Shown: piece by piece, positions 1 through 13,100 of the stretch | Position numbering within the stretch: the first letter of the stretch is position 1 | How the letters are laid out: the number at the start of each line of letters is the position of its first letter | Assembly: GCF_000002075.1 (NCBI RefSeq) | Contig: NW_004797358.1 | Coordinates: forward strand, 385,491 to 442,910 | DNA: 57,420 bases | Source: Aplysia californica | Lineage: Eukaryota | Direction of reading: 5' to 3' | Translations under genes and position numbers: made by a program | Notes under the pieces: model-generated | Database searches by the model: none | The model's input: the letters and a program-made list of their open reading frames with translations, nothing else | What the model was told of the DNA's origin: nothing

Positions 1-394
1 CCCCTAAAAATCTTTTATGATTATACAGGGGTAAAACCTTGTACGTCGTTCACAGTCAGTCTGCCGCTGTCTCATAAGATGATAAGCTGAAATTTCCAGC
101 AAACAGCAGAGATAGAGTCTTTTGTAATGAGGTTATAGCCTACAGAGCTTAGGCCCTTTTAAATGTCTTTTTGGGAAATAAACCCATCGTTCGTACTTCT
201 GATAGTCCTTGTCTTTTTTATTCAGGCCTATGCCGTCTTTCTTCTCCAAGCCAAACACTGCCTGTGATTTTGATCCCTTAAATCCCCTTTACATTCGATC
301 CAAGGAGATTTAAAGTTTTAGTTCTAACCTCCTCGATTCGATCCCAATGACACGTTCGACTCCTGTCAAGTCTGTATGGTCTGTTGGTTTTTAA

Positions 395-403
395 ATTGCA
401 TCA
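395..403 (+). promoter_or_regulatory. C/EBP-ATF response element (AARE/CARE) ATTGCATCA upstream of PERK
   Basis: Exact match to the ATF4/C-EBP composite core, about 520 bp upstream of the PERK ATG. A single 9-mer could occur by chance. Confidence 0.35.
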
Positions 404-699
404 GTCTGCATAATATTATAGGTTATATATAAGTTGGTGAGTCAGTCGAGAGGCTTGCCTTCCAGCTCATGCGGTGGTTGTTGGCTCCCTCAAGAGAATA
501 CTTGCTAGCAAATGTTAGGAGTAAACATGATATTGAAAACAATTAGATTTATAATTAGGCCTAGTTACAAATTAACAATTTGCTTTAATTAATAGTATTT
601 ATGAGGAAACTCGGGGGTGGAAACTCCCGCTAAATCATCGTTTTAACTAAAATTAGAAACATCAGGCAGAAAAGTAATCGGGAAAACCCAGAGATGAAT

Positions 700-920
700 C
701 TGGCAGGTTCTCGAGGCCAACGTGTAACTATGACCTCATTTCCGTCAAGGGAACCAATGAACTACCATGCCGTGCACTTCCGGCACAGGAAATAAACACT
801 GACATTACAATCTCACCTCACACCACAGTTGTTCTCGTGTACCAAGGGGAGGGATAAATATCTAGAGGGATTTTTTCTTCAACTTGTCGTGGGTTCCCTG
901 GCTAATTTTTTTTAACTAAC
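700..920 (+). promoter_or_regulatory. Probable PERK core promoter / 5' UTR
   Basis: CpG-containing stretch directly before exon 1, with CCAAT (~754), TGACCTCA (731-738) and ETS-like CTTCCGG (~777). Confidence 0.4.
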
Positions 921-1126
921 ATGGGCCGGAGGAGAAAAGGACACTGGATGGCTAAATGTTTGCAGGTTATCCTGACGGTTTCTACCATCTTGACTTTGTT
1001 TTTGACCGCTCTGATGGCGAATAGTGTCAGTTCAACTTCAACAACAAACTCACCACCGTTGTCAACAACAAAGTCTACTGGACATGCCAGCCCAGCAAAA
1101 AGGCAGTCAGATCCCAGCTGCGACAT
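921..1126 (+). CDS. EIF2AK3: PERK exon 1 (start codon, signal peptide)
   Basis: [35 protein letters not shown] has a basic n-region and a hydrophobic core. Phase-2 donor AT|GTTCGT (weak) joins exon 2 to give ...SCDMFYILVST. Confidence 0.75.
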
Positions 1127-4100
1127 GTTCGTACCTTTTTCTACTATTTGTGTATTTTTGACTCGCAGTTGACCCCTCGCCCTTGCTTTTAAAAAAAATA
1201 GATCTAGACTAGACGTCTATGCAGTGACTGTGACAATAAATAAAGTGCTGTGAACTGAGTGAGGCCACCTCCGGAGTGAGAATAGTGCAGGCGAGTCTTG
1301 TGGCTATTCTCACCCGGTGCGCGTTCACCAAATTTTGCGTTCACCCTAAACCACAGAATTCTACACTGTGATAACAGAAAAATTGTAGAATTCTGTGCCG
1401 TGAACAAACGTTCCATTACAACTGTAGCCTACTAAAAGCGTACAATTTTGTCTGTGGGCAGTGGAGAGAGAGAGAAAGAGAGAGAGGAGTAGCGCAAGAA
1501 TTTCCGGTCAAAACAAAATGGCGACCCGCGTAGTTCGGCTCGATTCGAAAAGTTAAATAGCCGTAGCTTCTTTTTAGTAGACAACCACATTAATTTACTT
1601 TTGTGTTTTAACATCATTTTTTAACTTTGTTTTGGTCAATTTGATCGTCCACACCGATAGACAGTATTCAGAAAGAGACAGAGAGAGAGAGAAGAGGGGA
1701 GGAGTTGATCTTGCGAGAACTTCCAGGCGGGTGAGAATAGCCACTTTCACTGAGTCTGAGTGAACATAGTGGCGTGAATGTAGCCTGCAAACTAGACTCT
1801 ACGTTCACAGCACTTTATTGTCATAGTTTGCAATTTTGAATTTAAGAATGATCTTGCTCGCTTCACCCCGTATCCTTTTCCCTTTTGCTTCTTCTTTTTT
1901 TCACCCCGTCCCACCCCTCCTCCCGCCTTGGCCTTCTTCTTCTCACTTGTTTCTTCGAAGGCCTTTTATTTTCAAATCGTCAAGGGGGGCTCTCGTGGCC
2001 TAGAGGTTAAGGTGTTCGCCTCTCTTTCAAAGGTCCTGGGCTCAAATCAGTGTAGCGGCGAAGATTTTCTTCTCTACACAGCGCACCGGCAGTGGAATTT
2101 TAGTTGCCGCTGGGGTTTCCCCGCCGGGCGCCTTATCACACCGGGGTCATGGGGGTCAGCTCCCTGTCGCCGCTCTGTCTGGGCTGACTTAATTTTTTGT
2201 ACTTTTTAACGTAGAATTTTAGGTGTATCCTTGTATTTATAAATAATGGTAATTCTCATTTAGTGCAACCAAAGCGGGCATTTCTGCTCTTGAGACCAAA
2301 AAAAGAATGGACGTTGTATAACTTGTCTGGTTATTTCGTTAGACGCCCTGGATTCGACAATACTAAATTGCAAATTTTTTTGACTAGCGTGAATGAAAAA
2401 AAATCAATATATAAAAAACGGCTCGACAAAGTCTGTCGAACTTTTGGAACATGAATGGCATAGCATTGGTGCGGATACTCAGAAAAGATGGTATCTGATC
2501 TGCGCAAATAGAAAGAGCAGCTGTAATTTTGCAACTTTATCCATCGGGCACACTATTCGCTATGAAGTAACACCTCCAAATACAACTTTATGTGTCTAAT
2601 ATAATCGTGAATATTCGCATATTTTCTCGAAAGTTTATAAAAGTAACCCTGAAGTTTCTCCATGAAAAGTACAAATTGCTTTTAGTGCCAGAATACATCT
2701 TCAATGTAATACGAACAGTATCTGTTACACTCCAGAAATTCCTTACTTTTCTTAAAACGCTAAGTCTAGGTTTTGTAAGTTGACTGAATAATAGGGATGA
2801 CTTCCGGTAATTGGGTTATAAGAATAATTTATAGCTTTCCAGTGACACTGAATCAGCACCAGACTTTTCCAGCTTTAATTTTCGCTTATATGACCATTTG
2901 CAATAACTGACAATGTTCTGATTTCTTTTCATTCAAAATTGTGTCCGCGCATATTTCCGACACAAAAACTAAGAATGATTGTGTTAGCTGTCAATATTTT
3001 TATTCCATACAAGAAGTTTATCTCTACCCATGTATTTACACGGTTTTGTGGGGGTTTTTTAATGGCTTATAACATTATATCTTTTTTAGATGTATGCAGG
3101 CTGCCACTTTCTCTTATTTAATAATAAAATGAGAGCTAACGCTGATCGTCTTTAGTTAAAAAACGCAGATGCGCATCTTTCTTCTCCTATAACTTGACTA
3201 TTACTATTCGCGCAGATTTAAGATTTCTCATGGTAAAAGACATGATATTTGTAGTCAGTTTAACACAGATTTTGGAGAGATCTGTCGTTCCCTTTTTAAA
3301 TTAATAATCATTTATTCATAAGTTTGTAATTAAGATAGGACAAATTGGGTACTCTACAAGCACTTGTCTTGAACAAAAACTAAGGCACAGAAATTAATAA
3401 TTCTAATGCAGATTAAATCTCAAGACATTGAGCTTTTAGTGTAATGGTTTGCTGTGTGGGATGGGTAAAAAGTTATATCGTTTTAAACATAGACAAAAAT
3501 GCGAACTTCCTAACCGACACCAGCAAAATCGCTTCAGGGCTCATTAACCCCGTGACCCCAAGCCCGGGAGCTCTTGCGGGCTGTTGAGTCACGCTAACTA
3601 AAGGTAACAGAATCAGGCGAAAAGTGACGCAGTGTTTAAAATTGTCTCCTTTCACCTTCTTTCCTTCTCTCCTCTTGCAGTATTCTCATTATTCTGTCGT
3701 TTCCACTTTCTTTCCCCCATCCCTTCACCTCCTCTGCCCCCTCCACTGGGCTCCTGACTCTTTTTGCAGCCCTTCTACTGCTACTGCTTGGCTCCTTCTT
3801 ACTGCTGTCTTTCAGCCACACTTTTGATCTTCTGTTAGGAATGATTTACACCTAGCCTTCTCAGACAAGGGCGAAAAATCTAGGAGGTCCGTGTGCAAGT
3901 TGCACTCGTTAAACTTCCTTTGGTGGTCCAAAATAGATGAGTAGGCTTCGGACGCCACCCGGGCAAAATTCAAAATTTCTTACCAATTCAAAATGTTTGG
4001 TGTGTCCCACACGCTCACATATGACCTTATAATGGAGTTTCGAGGGCCGTAAAACACTTACCAAAAAATTGTCGTGTGTTGCCGGGTCCAGGAAGAGAAT

Positions 4101-7100
4101 TGAAGTCGTGTTCCATGCGCTGAGCGAGCAAAGTCTTGTCGACCGCAGCTGTTTGGCTGTTCCCCCTTTCGCCCTCCGTAAAGTCTGTTGCTTTTGCACC
4201 ACCGCTTCGTTATTTTTCACGCGAGTATTCCTTTGCTGTTTCCTCATTCACTTTGAGTGACTGTAGCATCTCAGTCATGCCTCTGTGGCAATGGTGGATG
4301 ATTCAGGGCGCTGTGAATGTAGTCACTGCAAAAATAATGTAATGTCATGTTGTCATGATGCAGTGGAATCAGGTGCTCGTGAATTTTGGATAGTGTGTAA
4401 GCCGGGCTTGTTCATTTGCCTTTCTGTGAATGAAAAGAATATTCATCTCTCTTGAAGAGAAGTCAAGATATTTGTGATTGAAGGAGATGGGGGTAGCCTG
4501 ATTTCAGAGGTGAAATTAGCGAGAAAATGACTGACAAAGTTAGGTGACTTCTAAAGTCTAAAGCTTGAGAGTCCTTGGAAATTGCAAAATTACATTTTTA
4601 GTTCTATTAATTAGCGTTTTTTCAGTAACATCCACCCAGAAATGTGTTTTTGAAACGACTTAAAAGGAGTTGAGCCAAAAAACAGAAATTCGATAAAAGT
4701 TACTAAACAGGCAAAAAAATGCCAGTTTCTCCCATTTTATTATTTAAGTGAGCACCTGATTTCACCATGCTGCCTCACAAATGTGTCCCGACTGATGAAT
4801 GAAGAACTTACAACCCTTCCTTTGCCTTTCAGGTTTTACATTCTAGTGAGCACCATTGATGGGAAAGTGTCAGCCTTGGACTTGCACAACCAGGGATCAG
4901 TGGCCTGGGCTGTGGAAGCTGATTCAAAGCCGTTGTATTCATCTAGCTTGGCAAACATGGAGGTGAGTCTGATTTTGGTAGACAATTTTCTCCTTTGTTT
5001 TGCTCAATCAATTCTACAGTTCTGTAATATAAATACCATGTGGCGGCAAAAGGGAAAATTTGTGCCAAATGCTGAATTTTTCTTATGTCTGAACTCAAAA
5101 TGAAAAGAGAAAGCCTATTTTAAGCAACATACTTTTTATTTCCTCAGAATCTGTCAATTGCAACCAGAGCAGTGCTAACTTGATCAGGCTTAATTAAGGT
5201 CATAATTGAAAAACTGAAAATGCCTTTTGTATATAATATAGAATGCAACTTTGGCTTTGGCCTTACATGTATGAGTCCAACCCCTTCATGATGCAGGGTC
5301 AGTTTGTGCTTCACTGCTTTGGATCCTCAGGGACGAAGAGAAACCCTAGATTTAGTGGTTGAATGCCTATTATTAGACCTAGATTGAAAATACTATGAAC
5401 TGTCTCTTAAATGAAAATATTTCATCTCACAGAACAAGTACTGCTGAATTTGAATCTTAATTTAGTTTTACGAAGTGTGTGTAATAGAAGCAGTAAGCCA
5501 AATGCAAAATATGACTAATAATGTTCGTCGTCATGGTCCTCACATTTCGCAAGATTTGACGAATGCCATTCATTACAGCAACAGCTAGCTTCCTTTGCCT
5601 CATTTTATAAAGTGACGAAGAGGTTTGTTTAGCAAACAGACTTTTCTGAAAAAATTGTCCTTAGAAGTTATCCTTAGTTGTCTTAATTTTGTCCTTAGAA
5701 ATCCTCATTTCTTCTTGAGATGGTACATGTTAGAAAAGTTTAGTTCAATCATTTGCTGCATATAAAAATGTGGTCATTATTGAAGCCCATTTCTTTCTAT
5801 CTTGTTTTCTAACAGGTGATTCGCAATGGCAAAAAAATGAGGCTGATCCCTTCTCTTGATGGAGCCCTTTATCAGTTTGATGGAGACAAAGTTGAAGCCA
5901 TACCAATGTCTGCTGAGACTTTGTTGTCCTCGACGTACAGAGTCAGCGATGATTCTATGGTTGTAGGGAGCAAAGATATAAGAAATTACGGAATTGACTT
6001 CAAAACTGGAGAGGTGATTACTGTACAGCTGATAGATTGGATTCCTTTTTGACAATTTGTGTTTTGCTGCATGTCACAGAACATTGGTGAGATTATAATT
6101 AGTAACGGTATTAAGAAAAGTTCTTAGAACAAGAAAAATGCAGTATTGAGATTTCTTCCAATTATGTTTATCATCAAAAGGTCCTTATCTATCATTCATT
6201 TTTGTGAGCTTGTAGAATTGTACCAGAAAGCAACTTAATCTTATAAACACTCTGAGAATGATATTTCCACCTTCCATTGCTCAGTATTGGATGAAAAGGC
6301 ATGAACTCAGGGTCTTGTGAAGCTGCGTCAAGACAAAAAAAAATTGTTTTGTTGTTTCAGATTCAGTTCATGTGTGGCAGCGAAGGTTGTAGCAACAGCA
6401 AAGGTGAAGCGAAAAATGACCCCATAGTGAGCAACGATGTACTGGTGTTGACGCGGACCACTCAAGTTGTTCGTTGTGTGGATATTAAGAATGGACATGA
6501 AAAGTAAGATTGCTGGAGATAATGTGATTCAAAAGAACTGACATTTGTGTAGATATGACACCCTTTCATGTCTAATCATGTCTAATATCTATTGCATCTC
6601 CTCACCACCACCCTCCTCCCCTTTTTCCCCTTCCACCATTCCTCTAATCCCCTCATTCCCTCAACTACCCCAACCCCCACCTACAAAATAAAAAAGGAAG
6701 GCAAGTTACATGTCCCTTTTGCAGCAATGACAAGGAAAAATTAAATTTATATCCATTGCTCTGAAACAAGATAAAGTGAAAGTAAATTCTTAGTGGACTG
6801 TGGTTTTTGATTTAAAGAATCCATTGATAAATAAAAAAGTTATTGGGATTTTTTTTTTACGTTTACTTTTTCATCCTCTGTTGCTGTTTAGTGTTTAGGG
6901 GAGATGCAAGTTTCCTATGGTAAGCCAGCTCTGCAGCTCTTTCAATCGCCAAAAAGTGGGAAGTTTCTTGATGTAGGCATATTTTGAAGGAAACCTGTTC
7001 ACAAGTCAATAGTGAATTGGGGTCTATGAATGAAACTTGGTATGTGCGTATGATTTTTTGTGCAGAATCTAGTTCTGCTATCGCTTTTTCAATGTCTTTA

Positions 7101-10100
7101 TTACTTTGAATCTTTAAGACTAATATTTGCGTGAAAATTTGTTGAATTACGCAACATTGCTTGAACTGCTACCGATATGGGGGCCCGGGCTTGCAAGGTA
7201 TTACAAAACGCCTGAAGTTTTCAACACATCTCAGTTTAAAAAATACTTTGGTCAAATTTTTAACATACTGGGCAGAATTTAGCTGAATTTAGTTTACTTG
7301 GTACAGAAAGGATATAATTTTGACCTTAAAAGGATCAGCTCTGTTTTCTGATTACCCCTTCTACGACTTAACAAAATGGTATAAAGAAAACCCATTGTGG
7401 ACTCATCTGTGACCTACTTAGTTTTCGGCAGACAGTCACATGCCGCCTAGCTTTCACACACTTTTCGTATGTTGGCTGGCTAGCTTGTTCAGTTTGATAC
7501 CCAGTTTCCACCTGGTGGTAATTTTAAGTTGTTATGTAAAATGTATTACACACAGGGATCTGAAATTTTACTGCAACAAAGGAGACATGTGGGGCCGCTG
7601 TCTAGTTGGTGTACATGCAGCAGCTCCCTTTAGTTTTTGAAAAATGGAAGAAAATCACACAAACAGGGCAATTTCTCCAGGTCTATAATTTGTCAGCACT
7701 GGACGCTTGCTTGTAGTAAGTTTGGTATTTTCTCTGGTTGGTTGCCATGTTTCATTCTTTTTCGTCCAAGGGTTTTCATGTAGCTATACTTACAAGAGTG
7801 TCACCTCTGATCCTGAACAGCCCAAAAATTACCCCGCACACCTGTTTTCCTACCCAAAGTGCAGCGGGCGATTGACATTGCTTCCCTTTTGTCTCTTCTT
7901 CTTTAGTGAGAAATGTAGAATGTTCTTCTCCTAAGTGGTCAGTGTCTGAAGATCAGATGACATAGTATTCGATTATATTTCCTTAGATGGAATTGAAAAT
8001 GGTCTCTCTAGTTTAATGGTTTCATAATGATTGTAATGTGTTATGAAGTGATGTTATTTCATGGTAGAGTAAAAAGACTAAAGATGTTTTTTTTTCATGT
8101 GTTTTGTATTCTTTTAACAGGTGGAACTTCAGTGTTGGCCAGCATCAGGCTAGTTTGCCTCCACCAATGAAACAGGAGCAGATTGATGATGATGACATAG
8201 ATGACAACGAAGACATGGAAGATTCTATACCTTTGTTCTCCAGTTTCCGTGATGGTAGGGAGCTCGGTGTCAAGATATCTGCTTTCATGACATACTTTAG
8301 AGAATTCTACTTGTTTGACAGAGTGAATGAGGTCTCGATACTTTTTTCAAACTAATCAGTAAAAGATGTTGCCAAAGTGCTATCTTTAGAGTGACTATTA
8401 GATCTGATCTTTAAGTACCGTAAAAACCTAATTTATGCTACATCTACGATATTGTTTCCTCTTCAGATTTTTAAAACGAGGTTTTAGTGATCATGTTTGT
8501 TGTGAATTTAGGTCTGTTTAGTATACTCTTTAGTACCAATGGAAAAAATGTGTTTGCTGTTATGAAGTATTTCAAGTGGACTTAATTTTTCCCCTCTGAT
8601 TTTAACTGTGGTGGTTTAATTTTTATTTTTTGTTTGTTGCTTGTATTTGTGAAAATAATGTGGTAACAGCATTATAGTGATCAATATTGTATTTGTATTC
8701 AAATTTCAGAGGAATGCTCACCTAAGGAGTTCCTAGAAGATCTTGACTCTGAGAATTATCTCCGACTGATTGTTCCTGAGGGAAAAGTTGTTGCACTGAG
8801 TAAGGAAGACACGGCTACTGTCAAATGGGAGCATAAGGTGAGGAGGCTTGGTGTCTGTGTGTGTGTGCATGGATAGGGGGGGTTTAGTGCTTGCATGAGG
8901 TGCCCCAAGGATTGTGGCTGTACTGATTTGAAATGGTTACTTGATGTTTCTACTGTCAATTAAAAGTTATGAAGTTTTGAATGTTTTGTTGAACATAGCG
9001 ATGAATGTCAAAATATCTTAAACTCTTCCTGTCCTCACTTTGAAAGTGTTTGTACATGTGTGACTTTGCTGTGAAATGAAGCAGTCAGCATGCTACATAG
9101 CGATCAACTCATAACCAAACATCATGATATTTAAGTGGAATTTTTCCTACTTTTATCTTGTACAATTTTGGTAATGGTTATAACACTTAGGTTACCTTAG
9201 CCGTCTATTGTACCTCAACAAATTGTTTTAGTAAGACTGATGTCACCATGTGTAGAAATCTAGAGATTGTTTGATCATCTTTTCAGTTTTCATGTGATTT
9301 TTTTTTTTACATTTCAGTTCAACAGCCCCATTGCTAAGGCATGGTTGCTAAGAAATGGGAAAATTGAAGCAATGAGTCTTTTTGATGGACGACATATTCC
9401 CACTCTAGGAAATTTTCAACCCGAGGATTTAGAGAATGAGAGCATGCATCAACCTTTACTTTATATTGGTAAGTTGTCATGAAGATCTGGCATTTTCTGG
9501 GCTCAAAATTGTTCTCTTAAGATAGAGCAAAAGGTTGGTGAATGTTTATTCTGTGGTAGGTTAAAAATACAAATGTACCCTGTCAAGTTACTTTATCAAT
9601 CGTGTCAGGGCCTTATTTCTCTCACTCTGTAATTTTGCTATTTTGACTTCACCTGGCATGAAGGACAATTATTAGGATGACTGGGCTTATGTTAAAAGAA
9701 AAAAATGTTCTTTTTTAGAGAGTGCTAATCACATGATGTGGTCTCATCAGGTTCTCATCAGAAGTTGCTGTACATTCAGCCGTCACCTCAGATGGAAGCT
9801 GTGTTGAAGTCTTTCCCAAGCCGTAGGGTCGGTCATGTGATTGATCCTGCAATTAAAGTTTCCTGGAGGCCTTACCTCAACACTGGTTAGTATGCAGTTC
9901 CTCCTGAATATTTGTGTCTAGAATACCTCTAGTGAGTTCAAAACATGTGAGAACTTTTGTTATTTCCAAAGCTTGGGGGGGGGNNNNNNNNNNNNNNNNN
10001 NNNNNNNNNNNNNNNNNNNNNNNNNNNNNNNNNNNNNNNNNNNNNNNNNNNNNNNNNNNNNNNNNNNNNNNNNNNNNNNNNNNNNNNNNNNNNNNNNNNN

Positions 10101-13100
10101 NNNNNNNNNNNNNNNNNNNNNNNNNNNNNNNNNNNNNNNNNNNNNNNNNNNNNNNNNNNNNNNNNNNNNNNNNNNNNNNNNNNNNNNNNNNNNNNNNNNN
10201 NNNNNNNNNNNNNNNNNNNNNNNNNNNNNNNNNNNNNNNNNNNNNNNNNNNNNNNNNNNNNNNNNNNNNNNNNNNNNNNNNNNNNNNNNNNNNNNNNNNN
10301 NNNNNNNNNNNNNNNNNNNNNNNNNNNNNNNNNNNNNNNNNNNNNNNNNNNNNNNNNNNNNNNNNNNNNNNNNNNNNNNNNNNNNNNNNNNNNNNNNNNN
10401 NNNNNNNNNNNNNNNNNNNNNNNNNNNNNNNNNNNNNNNNNNNNNNNNNNNNNNNNNNNNNNNNNNNNNNNNNNNNNNNNNNNNNNNNNNNNNNNNNNNN
10501 NNNNNNNNNNNNNNNNNNNNNNNNNNNNNNNNNNNNNNNNNNNNNNNNNNNNNNNNNNNNNNNNNNNNNNNNNNNNNNNNNNNNNNNNNNNNNNNNNNNN
10601 NNNNNNNNNNNNNNNNNNNNNNNNNNNNNNNNNNNNNNNNNNNNNNNNNNNNNNNNNNNNNNNNGGGAGGGGGGGGGTTCAGAATAAAAAGAAAGTAACA
10701 TTTACTTTTTGTTTAAATTTATGTGATGTTGAATACTTACCTTGAAGAGGCCATGATTTTTAAAACAATTGATTTTATTTGGGTAGTTTGAAGAATGTAA
10801 GGAAATTTCATTCTGATCTTTTCTAACAGAAGACTCAAATTTTTAAAAATGTTCATTGTAAAGTTGTCCCTTGGACACTATGCTTTTTATTTCCAGTTCT
10901 TTCGCTGATTGAGAGTCGTCTTCTCATGACTTGAGGTGGGGTTTATTTGCGATACATTTTCTTGGCTAGTTCAAATTGGTTGAATGCTTCATGTGGTTTT
11001 AATGTTTATTCGTCAATAAAAACATATATTTCTTTTTAAATGTGTTCTATAAAAGTAACCACAGAGAACTCTATGAAAAGACTAGATTTTGCCATATATA
11101 TATATCTTGCACTTACTTCTTTTTTTTCTCAGACACAGGGTATTTTCTGTATCCTGAGTTCCGAGATTCGCGGGCTCCCCGCGTGAAGGACATATTGCGC
11201 TTAGAAAATTTGCAGCAAAAGGAAGAGACTAGTGGCTTCATAGAGACATTTCCTGCTGCTTTTTGGTTCTACTGGTAAGTGGAAGACTGCACACATTTTT
11301 GCTTGAAAATAATACATTTTTTCCTCTGTTTATTTCAATAATTATTTTTGGTGTAAAAACTCTGATGACTTTATCTTCACCCTGTATATATGTACTTTGT
11401 CTTTTAGAATTGATTTACTTTACTTATAGTCCATAACTGTAAAATAATGTCTGTAAAATAAAATAAAGTAACATAACAAACATTCTGAAGCATAAATCTA
11501 ATCAGCAACAAAATTGGCTGGAATTATTTTTAACTTGAACCACTCACCATAAAGGTGCTTTAGGGTATGAATTTCAGTATTGTTATCTTATCCTTTTGTC
11601 TGTTGTGATATTTGTATCATGGTTTTCTTTTTCTTTTTTACCACAGGAAAGAATTGTTTGGGATCAGTGTTATCCTGATTGGGATTCAGCTTGCTATTTC
11701 CCGCTTTTTAGGTCCAACCCTTCCTCTCGCTCACAGCTCAAGTTCTAGCTTGGTAAGCTGTATATATCTCAAGACATATACTGTCGCCTATTTTGTGTCT
11801 ATTAGTTTCCCTGAGTCCTGTTAGATAGGATCACGGCGGAATGTTGTGAGCAGGAATTAAGAAATAGTCAAACCTGTCTAAGACGATCACCCATTGTCTA
11901 GAGTGGTCAACTTCGGCAAATGATCATCTTGGATCCAAACTGGGAAGAGGTCATTTGTACAGGTGGTCATTGAAACAGGTTCTACTGTACTAGCAGTGGA
12001 TGTGGGATTTCACAGATCATACTCGGGTAATTTAAGAATAAAATGGGTTGATATTTGAATGTCGTACAAGATGGAAATTCAATCAAAGAGTCACATCAAA
12101 GTGTAAAAAGCAGTGCACAGACCCTACAAGTTTCATGGGTATCAGTAGACGGGCGTACACATAACATAATTAAAGGAAGGACAAATGTGAAGAGTTTTCA
12201 AAGTGAGGAGGTAACATTTTGTAGAGCCTAACACTACTGGCAGTATGGTATTTGCAGACTGAAAATTTGATAAGGATAGGTGAAGAATTGGGGCAGAATC
12301 TTTCAATTCAGAATCTTGAAGATATTATTTTAATTGCAATGCATCTGTTGCCGCCAAAAAAAAGTTTTACAAATATCTTATTCAAAATTTGTTTGGTCAC
12401 TTTAGGGTAACCAAAGGTATTGTTGTGTAATTGTTATCATATGGTATACATGGTTTGACCATTTTGCATGTATTCAGCATGACAAGAGAAACAAAAAAGT
12501 ATGATAACATTTTTCTAGGTACAGAGCAGTGACAGTCTTCAAGCAATGTTGAGTGCCTCAGATAGAAAGCCCATGCCAGTGGAAGGTGTTCCAGCAGTGG
12601 AGAGCTATGTTTCAAGGTTTGTTTTGTCTTGCTGTTCTTCAATATACTCGGCCGATATGAGTGATGTGAGATATTAATTGTACATATTTGTGAGAAAATT
12701 TTATGGGGAATGGTTTCACAACTAAGAATTGATAACAGGGCTGCCCATCCTTACGAATTTGGTGAAATTGTTACGATTTTTATTCAATTTTACGAAAATG
12801 ATTTAAAATTTCTGTTACCCCAAACCACTGCCAACCTTCCTGCTGAATGAGGTGAGAAAAACTACCAGACACGAACATTCTACGTCACGTGCCGCTATCT
12901 AACTTTCACTTCCCCTTTGCGTTGAGCCCTTGTAGTCGCTCAGTACCACTTTGCCCTGAGGAAAAACGTTGGTCTTTAGAAGTGCTAAGCCAGGAGTAAG
13001 TCAAACATTACGTTGACAAGGTGGTCGAAAATTCCCGCCCTTTTGTGTTGTGGGCGACTGCCTAGGCCAATGAGAGAATTTTCTTAAAAAATAGATCAGT

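Noticed and set aside
130-410. Minus-strand coding-looking text (TLNLLGSNVKGI / GFKGSKSQAVFGLEKKDG)
   Set aside because: Broken by stops and a frameshift, with no usable start or acceptor.
9877-10745. Long ORFs in the track spanning N runs (also at 50.0-50.4, 53.8-54.1, 54.6-55.5 and 55.8-56.2 kb)
   Set aside because: Artefacts of assembly gaps and microsatellites.
10897-10935. 39-nt AG...GT segment in PERK intron 8 as the missing exon
   Set aside because: Stops in all three frames and no PERK similarity; at most a poison exon, unsupported.
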